DNA of 32,000 nucleotides, from contig BAAFSQ010000056.1 in assembly GCA_054661495.1 (NCBI GenBank), forward strand, positions 1-32,000. The letters run 5' to 3'. This document shows positions 10,596 through 20,698 of the stretch, in pieces (position 1 is the first letter of the stretch; every line of letters starts with the position of its first letter). The stretch comes from Zygophlyctis sp. KS116. Lineage: Eukaryota > Fungi > Chytridiomycota. A model generated the notes under the pieces. The model worked only from the letters and a program-made list of their open reading frames with translations, was not told where the DNA came from and did no database searches. Made by a program: the position numbers and the translations under genes.

Positions 10596-13500
10596 TCAAC
10601 CCAGCTGACTTTTATAAATGTACCCCATGAGCAAAGCGAGTCCAAAAAACGTTCCCGATAAGCAAAGAGTCAGCCATTCACGACCAGTGTTTGGAGGTTC
10701 ATTGTAGACATAAACAATGAACTCTGTGGAGAGGTTGCATGAGCTGCTGTCTAGTAACATGATTTGGAAATGATATAATTCTGAGCCCTTCATATAAGAC
10801 AAACTAAAAAAGGATCTTACCATCCATTTAATACTGTCGCCATTTACAGGATCAATTATAGCCGATAACAGATGAGACTTATTTGAACAGTCTGCGACTG
10901 CTATATTATTAGCATATTTAAAAATATTACATGAAATACAATAGTCGGTTCGGTTATTGACTTCTCTGATTGAATATTGAATACTCACAGGAGTATCTAT
11001 TCCGTTTGAAGATATGAAAAATTGAGGAATATAAGGCGTTAAGTAAGATGTTCTCATAGCCTAAGAGGTCAAATTTTAAAATATACTCTGTCAATGCAGT
11101 CAGAATTTGAAGATTCCATTGAAAGCCGCTGAGCATCACTGCAGCTGCAAGATTTACGATTTGATTTTGCTAAGCATGCTTTGTATGTTCCAGTGGATTT
11201 AGAAATTCCAAATATATCATTATGTCGGGGCTTTTCGGGATCAGCGTTATATACATTATTAGAAATGGGGACAGAGGCCCCAAGATGAGATGGAGGGCGA
11301 TAATTAAACTTCACTTAATAGAAAATTGCATACCGGGAGTTCTTCAACAAGATAGGTTGAAGCTTGAAAATCATATATATGTTCATTAAGAAATGCATGG
11401 GCAGTTAGATTTCGCTCGAAGTGGAGATAACGCGGTGAATTGCAAAGGTTTTGTAAGTAAATTGTCTGTGAAGCGTGTTCGCAGGATAAAGTGCTGAATG
11501 ATGGCTTTAAATTTAAGAGAAAAGTACCCTTGTTGGTTTAAAAGGTATCGACTTACAATAGCGCCATTATCAATGAGAGAAACGTTAACGTCAGATCTCA
11601 TCAATGTTGGATCCCAATACTGTGAAATCTGCTTGTTAAAATAATCCGAATTAGCAAATCTTAGTGTAACTTCCGGAATGATAGAGAAATTTTTTCGTTT
11701 CGTGAATCTGAATGAAGATTGATACTGTTCATTAAATCCATTTCCAACGAATTGGATCGGGGTTTCAACACTGCTGGTTGAAAATATAATGGGGCAATCG
11801 TCTAAATTAATTCTCCATTTCCGCTTCTATTTTCATTGGAAATAAAATTACCAAATTGCTTACAGAAGGATAAGCTCCAGATATGTGAAATGGCAATGTG
11901 AATACAATCCTCCAGGATCCAGGTAAATACGTTCCATTGATAAATGGAACAACAGGAGTAAGAATTAAATATCCATTTTCAAATAGATCAATTATACCCC
12001 ATCCGGCATCAGTTAACAGATATGCTTTTGATAAATCTGGCGCGTTAAAATTAAAATATCATACTATAGGATGGAAGTAAGCCAGGAGAAATATATCCAA
12101 AACTTCCTGATGAATTTGATAACATCGTCAAATTTTGACGAAAGGTAGTTGGATGTTCAGAAAAGGATCGGAAATCATATAATGACCAAGTTCCAACATG
12201 CGCGTCAGCCGTACTAATAGGAGGCAAAATTACCATCCCGGTAGCGTGAGTATAATTTGTGATTTTTGTGATCAAAATTGATCCCAAATGAAGAATAACT
12301 GTTTTTCCAACATCGCTTAAAAGCCAACCATTTTCCGTGAAATTAGAAACAATAAGTTCAACATAATTTGTAGGCTGAGTAGGGAGTCCCTTTTCAATTA
12401 TATCTCTTTTATTTGCGACTCCTAGAATTGTAAGATTTCCAGATGTCGCTGGACTTGCAGTATCTGTTTCCGGTACTAAAAGTGACTTGATGTTCCCATA
12501 CAAAACTTTTCCGTCCTCCGATACATGGCTTATAGAGAATTCTCCTCCATTTTCATGAATGATTTTGTATCCAGAAAGATCTTTCGTCACTAGATTACTC
12601 CCATTGACGTAAAATTGCATAGTATTCTCCCCTGTCCACATAGGAATCAATGTTAGCCCCGAAGATTCATCTAAATTAGCTTTTTCGAATTCAATTGCAA
12701 TTTTCCGTTTCAAAATAAAAGGCACGCCTTTAGAAGGCAAGAGAATCGATCCTGACGATTCAACAAATCCTGCATATGTGAGCGGAATTGAAAATGACCA
12801 AAATGAGCCCGTATTATCAGTCGAGATGGCAATATGCTCTGCTTGATGACTACTGATGCTCCTTATCTCTATCGTATTGGTAGATAACGTACTCCCATAA
12901 AAAATTCGATTAAAGTTTGTTCTGATCATATATGCATCATTAAAAATACCAGAATCAAACTCAACAACATATTCATCGGCTAAAAATAATCCGGATTGTA
13001 TTTCTATGAAAGAAAAGCCACCATCAGAAGAAATCCAAATCTCTTTTCAGTAAGGTGTTAATTACCTCTGAGCCATAAACAAATATATTATTTGTTTTGG
13101 ACTGAAAATCCATACCAGCTACCTTTAAATCAGACGAAAAATTAAATGTCAGCTTTGGAGATCCATTTCCTGCATCTAAAACGACAGATGCATGATCAAT
13201 TAAGCAAGAAGAGTTTCCAGAACATACTATTTGATCATTTCCAAAAAGTGGATTCCCCACCAGATAAACATGCCTCTGATTTATGACATCCCGAAAGGCA
13301 CTAAAGAAAACGCTATTACTTTCAATCCCAATTATATCGCTGACAGCGACACTATTCCAGTTGGGGTTTAAACTGGCACTTAAGTCACCAACTTCTCCGT
13401 AGAGCAGGTGAGATGATGTGTTATAGTAGATTATGTAAACTAAATGCTGGTAGCTATCTAAACAATCAGATTTTCCAAATATTCGCGTAAAATTCATAAA

Positions 13501-14874
13501 GCTGAAATCATTTGTCAATGGAAATATTTGCTTGAAAGCCGTTGAAGATGCAGTATTTGTTTCAAGTATGAATGAACTTGATATGAATAGACCCATTGTT
13601 GTTAAAGTGAATAGATGTGAATTTACAATTATTGAATCCATAATTTGAATGTTTGAACATTCTAATTGATTCAAATTGACACATAAACTGTTATTACTTA
13701 ATCTTACATTTTCAGAAGATCTAGAAAGATCATAGAGCGTAAAATTATCAAAATTTGAACTTGTAATGAGAGACAATGCTCCCATATAGCTGCTATTCCC
13801 ACTTTGAGAACTGACTCCAAATGTAGCTATCCCCTGTTTACGATTACAGTGATCAAATGAAAGTTTTAATTTAAGTGGGACATATTGCGACGTATTGATT
13901 AACATTCCAGAACTTTGCCCATCAGTCTAAAATAACCACAAAAACATCTACCTCATTGTTATCCATATCATATCCAAACTGTAAAGATTGAATCCATGGA
14001 AAAGTCAAGTCAATTGTTTTTGGCGCTATCGTACAAGATTGTATACTAGCCCCATTTCCCTCTATGACCCCAATCACTGGCCAAGAACTATTGAAATATT
14101 TGAAAGAAAGTTCTATTTTCCATCTATGAGATTCATACTATAATTATAAAGTGCATATTACCGTAAAATTAGATGATTGAAAATGAAAATGATGCGTTCC
14201 ATTCGATAATCCTAGTTTTGGAGCTCCGCCAATTGAAGAAAACATATCAGTTAGTAAAGTTTGAGATGTGGCGTCAGCAACATCTAATACCGATATCCAA
14301 AGAACAACATTGCCTCCACCATAAGGTTTTAGGTGTGTCGGAATAGTAGAACTTTCAGAATTCCAATCCATGGATATATTATATTCATAGCAATCTAAAC
14401 TTTATCTTAAATTTAGTTACGCTTCCTAGGTAAAACTATGAGATTAATTCCAACGATTGGAGCAGGGTATCCTAATCTTTAGTCAACAATCACTTACCTC
14501 CTTTTGTTACCCCATAAAAAATAGAACCATAGCTGCTAAATGGTTGATCATTGATTGATAATGATACATCATACTTTCCAGCTGATAACACTCTAGTTAC
14601 GCGAGAATTCCCTATAGTTTGAATGACTAGCGCTCCAATTTCAAACTTGAAATAGTAGGAAGAGGATGCATTCAGCGTCGGCAAGTATGAAGAGCTTGCA
14701 TCAAATATTATAGCTGGTTTTAAGTCTAAATGAATTACATTGTCCTTCGTAAAACGCATCATACTCACCAAAAACGTTAAGTCTCGGTAATGGATAATTT
14801 GTTCCATTCAATGTACCTAGGGAGGAAGCATGCCTAATTATCAAAACGCTCAGAATAAAAAAGGTAAACATCAT
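10596..14874 (-). CDS. CATSPERB: CatSper channel auxiliary subunit beta-like protein (large single-pass, signal-peptide protein, more than 10 tiny introns)
   Basis: Spliced product has LPFNYRPPSHLGASVPISNNVYNADPEKP...SKSTGTYKAC...CSCS...SDCIDR, then GSELYHF...CNLSTEFIVYV and a C-terminal TM helix. These match the CATSPERB C-terminal region as I recall it. Also YGSE|IWISSDGG and the signal-like MMFTFFILSVLII. The 5' exon structure is uncertain. Confidence 0.82.
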
Positions 14875-14959
14875 CCAGTATCGGTCGGTAAATTATTGAA
14901 AACTCCATCAGTTAGTTATTGGCACACTTGACCTACATTAAAAGCTTCCTGATTATTTG

Positions 14960-15265
14960 ATGGATGCATCACTAGTTTTCATTGATTCTCCAGAAAGAGG
15001 AACAGTTTGCATTATTTGTCATGTGCTTATTCAAGACAAAACACCTTCTAGTAAAGCTCGCCATTTAAGAACCAAGATGCATCAGAATTCAGTAAGATTA
15101 GCATTGGCACAGAGTTCAAAAGATTTATCAAAATTTGAGAATCAAGATGGCAAACAAGAGAAAAAGTCGGCAAGTGATTTAGCCAGCAATGGAGATTCTG
15201 AGAATTCTATGATTTTTTCACATTATATCAAAGACTTTGACTTTAGTAAGAGCCATGAGGAATAG
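14960..15265 (+). CDS. Small U1/matrin-type C2H2 zinc-finger protein
   Basis: CIICHVLIQDKTPSSKARHLRTKMH pattern (CxxC...HxxxxxH). Confidence 0.55.
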   Translation: MDASLVFIDSPERGTVCIICHVLIQDKTPSSKARHLRTKMHQNSVRLALAQSSKDLSKFENQDGKQEKKSASDLASNGDSENSMIFSHYIKDFDFSKSHEE

Positions 15266-16416
15266 GCTTTCCAAGTAACTCTGTCATGATTTTCATTTCA
15301 TCTGTAAACCTCTGATCTTCATTTCGAACATAAAAATTCTTTACAATAGATGCATTTTGGAAATAGATAGACCATCCACAAACAAATATTGAGAATAAAG
15401 GTCCAATTTTCCCTTTTTTTCCAAATACATCAAACCTTTTAATAACATTCAACCCACTCTTCTTCGCAGCCAATTCAGTTCTCTCTATTTCAAGACTAGT
15501 CTGACAGACTATAAATCTTGCATTTTTAGATTTTGATAATAATTTAACAGCAGCATCAAAGTAGACTTCTATTCCACCTCTCAACTCGAATGAGCACATA
15601 CTACGCCCTAAAATATTAAGACTATAAAATACCAGAAATATTTGAAAAAACTCCTTCTCTTGGTATAAAGTATGGCGGTGTTCCAGTTATTAAATCAAAA
15701 GTATTCAAATCCTCTTGTATCCTTTCAATTCTATCCAAAAATCTTAAATCCCCATGATAAAGATTTACGAAAGATTCAATCCCATTTAACTTTAATGATT
15801 TAGAAGCAAGATCAATATGCCTACTTTGAGCCTCAATTGCACAAACATGATTAAATTGATCAAACAATTTCCAAGTCACCATCATTAATACAGATCCCAA
15901 TCCTGTTCCTAGATCCATGTAACGTCTTACAGGCAATGATTCTTCTAGGATAGTCTGAATAGTGAATCCGGCAGTACAAACATCATCTGTAGTAAACTTG
16001 TGCCCATCTACAAATTGAAAGATACCCCAATATCCCGACAAAGAACAAAGCATTTCATTCTCTTTAGGAATCATTCTATCATCTAGAGACTCGAGATCCC
16101 ATTCACCATTTTTAAATGGAATTCCACCCATCGGACCTGATGGCTGCCAATTATGATTAAATTTGAAAAATCTAAAACAAGTCTTTTCTCTCTGCTTTGT
16201 CTTTAGAGATTTTGGACTTCCCTTCCCATCGCAAGTTCTGCAAGGAACCAATATCAACTCTTTTCGTCCAGTTTGAACTTTTCTTGTTCGAACAAGTTTA
16301 GATCCTTCTCCCTTGCATTTCCAGCATGTGTCTAGTCTATGGCATGAGTCTGTAGAGACTTTTAAGTAGTCCAGTTCAACCAATGGGCTGTCCAGTTCAA
16401 CGAATGGGCTGTCCAT
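15243..16416 (-). CDS. SAM-dependent amino-methyltransferase (TrmN6/YfiC-like) with N-terminal CxxCxGxG zinc-finger repeats
   Basis: DLGTGLGSV (motif I), IEAQ, DLITGTPPYF (motif IV), GHKFTTDD, plus CWKCKGEG and CRTCDGKG. Intron 15608-15632. Confidence 0.8.
16369..16415. repeat. 21-bp tandem repeat (about 2.2 copies) encoding DSP(F/L)VEL at the methyltransferase N-terminus
   Basis: GTCCAGTTCAACCAATGGGCT / GTCCAGTTCAACGAATGGGCT / GTCCA. Confidence 0.9.
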
Positions 16417-16476
16417 CTTTTGGTTGAAAGAAAACAAATAAACCCCTCTACACTGTTTGGCCATCAACGGCACAAG

Positions 16477-17712
16477 ATGCACAATAATATTCAACAACTC
16501 ATTCTTAATACCTTTAATACAATCGGTAAATCAGGAAAGCCGGCTAAAGATCAGTTTACAGTGCTGGCAGGATTAGTCGTCGGAGATCAAGTAGTTGCAT
16601 TGGGAACTGGACTAAGTTGTAGAAATCATTTACAATTAAGTGATCAAGGGGATATTGTTAATGATTGTCATGCGGAAGTATTATGTATTAGATCTTTTAG
16701 AGCATTCCTATATCATCAAATGTTTGCAGCAATCAAGTCGGAAAATAGCATTCTAGAGTGGAATCCATCTGCGGCTTATCCATTCAGACTTGTAAAAGGC
16801 TTAGAATTGGATCTTTATATATCTCAGGCTCCTTGTGGAGATGCATCAATGGATATTTTAGAAGATCGCCAGTCTGAACAAGAGATATTAGACAATAGAA
16901 ATAATGTATTAAATGCTCAAAATATGAATAATTCAGTCAATCAATTACTACCAAATGAAAATATTAGTGGAATAGTTCATAGAGGAAGAATGGATTATTC
17001 AATAAGGGGTGTTGCACGTACAAAACCAGGAAGAATAGATTCAATTCCTACTTTAAGTATGTCATGTAGTGATAAAATTCTATTATGGAGTATGATTGGT
17101 GTATCTGGGGCTTTATTATCTCTACTAATAGAACCGATTTATATTTCTTCAATAACTGTTGCTGATGGAGTTATAGAGGATTTGGAAGACTCATTTAGGT
17201 CTAGAAGAGTAAATATATTCACTAGTTATAATCACAAAAAGAGAAAAATCGATGATGACTTTGGAGAAAGATCACCATTTATAGAATATTTTAAATCTGG
17301 GATTCCTAAAATCTATTCATGTACGCAAGAATTCAAATTTAGTTGGTCACAATCTCAGTCTAGTCCATGTCTTTCATCTATAATTTGGAATCCAATTGAT
17401 GGATCACAGGTTCTTGATGTTCGAGGAATGAAATTAGGAACATCTAAAAAAAATTCTAAAAAAGTCTTTTCATTTGTTTGTAATCTGGAACTTTTTACTA
17501 GATTCTCTAAACTAATTGCACTTTTAAGTCAAGAGGAATATCTCGGAAAGTCAGACTTTAATTTACTCAATCTAAATCAAAAAGATTGTGAATCATATTT
17601 GGATTTTAAAATTCAAAATTCAAAATATCAAAAAGCAAAAGACATTGCAGTAAAGCAAGGAGTCAAAGGTTGGATACGTAAGAACCCTAAATGGACCGAC
17701 TTTAAGATCTGA
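16477..17712 (+). CDS. TAD1: tRNA-specific adenosine deaminase 1 (ADAT1/Tad1; A37 to I37)
   Basis: DCHAEV, SQAPCGDAS, RTKPGR, SMSCSDK; no dsRNA-binding domains seen. In-frame tiny introns cannot be excluded. Confidence 0.88.
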   Translation: MHNNIQQLILNTFNTIGKSGKPAKDQFTVLAGLVVGDQVVALGTGLSCRNHLQLSDQGDIVNDCHAEVLCIRSFRAFLYHQMFAAIKSENSILEWNPSAAYPFRLVKGLELDLYISQAPCGDASMDILEDRQSEQEILDNRNNVLNAQNMNNSVNQLLPNENISGIVHRGRMDYSIRGVARTKPGRIDSIPTLSMSCSDKILLWSMIGVSGALLSLLIEPIYISSITVADGVIEDLEDSFRSRRVNIFTSYNHKKRKIDDDFGERSPFIEYFKSGIPKIYSCTQEFKFSWSQSQSSPCLSSIIWNPIDGSQVLDVRGMKLGTSKKNSKKVFSFVCNLELFTRFSKLIALLSQEEYLGKSDFNLLNLNQKDCESYLDFKIQNSKYQKAKDIAVKQGVKGWIRKNPKWTDFKI

Positions 17713-17837
17713 AAGAGATTTGTGCGATTAATGTAGAAATTAAATAAATAGACTCATTGACCTTATTTAAGTTGCAGCAAGAGAACAATTGAATTTACAG
17801 CAAAGAATTTTTCCGAAAGTTTGTAAATCGTCTGAAA

Positions 17838-18904
17838 ATGGAACTTGTCCCCGATGAAAACCTCACTTATCTGCAAGGCCCCTCTTATATTCTAGTAATT
17901 TTAGCAACTGCATTACTATCGTATCTATTGTTATTACTCTTTTGGACTATAAACTCTTTAAAACATAGAAATGCTTTAAAAAGAAACTTGTTACACCGGA
18001 CATTAACAACGCTCTTCATTCTAAATCTGATAATTCACGCCTTTGGCCTAGGAGTCATTGTATGGATAGAAACTCAAGATACCGATGATGTTTATATTTG
18101 GGGCATGACTGCACTCGATGCATATGCTTTAATGAAACTATTTCTAATTACAAGTTTATTTATTGTTAAAGTATTAATATCTCGTGGATGGTGCATTACA
18201 AAAGAATCAGATTCATTAAATCAATTGGATCGACAATTACTATTTTTACAAACTTTGGGAATTGCTTTTGCTAACGTCCTTGCTACTAATTACATTAATA
18301 AAATAGCCGTGGTAATTTATTTAACTAATGCAAGATTTCTCTAGTTCTAATTTACTCTGTTATATTTCGTGTATTAATTATTTCTGTTGATCAGATTTGT
18401 AGATCTTTACGACTAGAGATTGAAGGATTACATAATTCAATGATTAGCCGTAATATACCGGTAAATTATTTTATCTAATTTAAAGACTGTTTTAATAGAT
18501 TCTATCAAATTCCGTAAAAAGACACTAACAAGATTCAAATGGTGCCTAATAACCTATTATATACTTTTGGTAGTCTCTAGATCCTTGACATTCTTTCTGT
18601 CTCCAATTTGGATTTTGGGCTCAGAAAGTCTTTTGTACATTTTCAGCATTGGAACCTTGGCAATTTTATTTTCTAAAAGATCATCTCCAATCATCAAAGT
18701 CTCATCTATTCAAGGTCAGATACAATTCTCTGTTCAAGATGAAAATATAGAAACGCTTGGAGAATTATTAACAGCATCTGTAAATTTCCAATTGGTTTTT
18801 AATTTTAGGATGCAAATCGACTCTTATCCATGTCCGATAAAAAATATTATGTAGTTCAAGACACTAATCATGATCTTGGTCTAGCAACTCTAAATTTCTT
18901 GTAA
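17838..18904 (+). CDS. Multi-pass membrane protein, possibly GPR180/TMEM145 (GOST) family
   Basis: About 7 hydrophobic segments and LISRGWCIT, resembling the GW(T/C)I(T) motif. Several tiny introns; the last is 18780-18808. Confidence 0.5.
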
Positions 18905-19003
18905 ATTTCATATGGTGTCATATCAAAATATTTTTTTTCTAATGCAATCATGTATGTACATGGTTATAGTTTGCTGAGAGTAAGACAAGAATACGCGCTT
19001 TTC

Positions 19004-20698
19004 ATGAAATCCACCGTATTAGAAGAGAATCTGGACGATAATTACGAACCGACAACCTTGGAAATACATGAATATGCTAGATTTCTAGGAATGGATCCAG
19101 ACGAAGATAAAGACTTGCTATGGATAGCCAAAGAGTCTCTTAAAGCTCCACTGCCAGAGAACTGGAAGCCTTGTCAGACTGACGAAGGAGACATTTATTA
19201 CTTTAATTTTAAAAGTGGAGAGAGTTTGTGGGATCATCCTTGTGATAATCACTACAGAGAACTCTTTAAAAGAGAAAAGACTAAAAACACTAAAAATGAA
19301 ACAATCCAAGAGTCTAAAGGAGTCACTAAAATCTCAAATTCTCCTCTTGCTCCAATAATCTCAAATAGGAATATTTCAAATGATTCTCAAAGGAAAACTG
19401 GAGAATCTCTTCCTGCTATTACTAGTCTTCAACTAAAGGATTTGAATCAAGAAGACAAGAAACTTGCAGGACTCCTTAAATTGAAATCAAATGCTAGTAT
19501 TTCTGCACTTTCTCCAATTAAAGTTGGACAAGGAGAGGAGATGAATCAAGGAAATTTAGGAAGAGAGTTGGAAGAGGTTAAGCTGGAAAATTCACTAGAA
19601 ATTCAAAAAATTAAAGATAAACATTTAGAGGCTAAAAGGGAATTAGAGCTGTTGCAGGAAAAGGAATTAAAGAGTCTCGAGAAAGATTTAGAAATGCGAA
19701 AACTAGAGATTAAAGAGAAATTAGGAAAAGAATATCTTGATTATGATTTAGAAAAGGAGAAAAATAAGCTGTTGGATAGTCAAGAATGTGAATTAAAGAG
19801 ATTTGAAAGGGATTTGAAAGAAAAATTAGAGACTGAAAGAAAGAAACTGCTTTTAGAGTTTGAAAGAGAATTAGAGGAAAAACTGGAATTTGAAAAAAGA
19901 GAATTAAAAGAAAGATTTGAGACAGAGAAGGAACTAGTATTAAAAGAAAAATTGGAGTCTGAAAGAAAAGACTATGAACTAGTATTAAAAGAAAAATTTG
20001 AAACAGAAAGAAAAGACTATGAACGAGAATTAAAAGAAAAATTGGAGTCAGAAAAAAAGAAACTACTTTTAGATTATGAAAATGCAGTTCAGCATGAATC
20101 ACATAAACTAAAAGAGGCTGAAATTCATGTCAGAAATACAATCAATGAATCTCCAAAGACCTCAATAACCGACACTTTAGAGTTTAAAAATCAACAATTT
20201 CCACAAACCAATAATTTTGGTAAATGTAGATTTTTAATTTAACTAGACCAACTTCTTTACAATTGTAATCAGATTTTAGACAATCAGACAATACCATTTA
20301 CAGATTTAACTGAATTGTCACAAAAGAAAAGTGATGATGATGATTTTATAGCGCAACTAAAAATGAAATTATCTAATTATACTAGTTACGCTTCTAAATC
20401 TTTGGGTAACAATACTTCAAAGTCTCCTAAAGATGCTGAAACTCAACAAGTTGAAAACAAAAATCACGCAACCAAGATATCCCTAATTGAAAGCAACGAT
20501 TCGGCTATTTTAGACTATCTAAAGAAAGTAAAGGAAAGAAACTTTTTAGATGCATCGACCTTATCTCGGTATGTGCAGTCGATTAACTTTAGTCATGTCT
20601 TACCCGATCAAATCAGGAAAAAGACTGCTTACATTTCCTCAAGATCAAAATGGATGGCTGAAATTCAACACCAAGAAGAATATTTAAGAAAGTTTTAA
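19004..20698 (+). CDS. CEP164: Centrosomal/basal-body distal appendage protein CEP164-like (WW domain plus coiled coil)
   Basis: VLEE..DDNYEPT..EIHEYARFLGMDP..DKDLLWIAKESLKAPLPENWKPC...IYYFNF..GESLWDHPCD is the characteristic CEP164 N-terminus. Intron 20220-20246. Confidence 0.88.
19931..20062 (+). repeat. 45-bp tandem repeat (about 3 copies, with degenerate copies upstream) in the CEP164 coiled coil
   Basis: GAACTAGTATTAAAAGAAAAATTGGAGTCTGAAAGAAAAGACTAT-like units encoding ELVLKEKLESERKDY. Confidence 0.85.

Noticed and set aside
16420-16497. Apparent 5' overlap of the methyltransferase and ADAT1 ORFs
   Set aside because: Arises from upstream near-cognate starts; the likely ATGs (16416 and 16477) do not overlap.
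19800-20062. Repeats as a possible CRISPR array or mobile element
   Set aside because: In-frame coding coiled-coil repeats with no unique spacers, in a eukaryotic gene.
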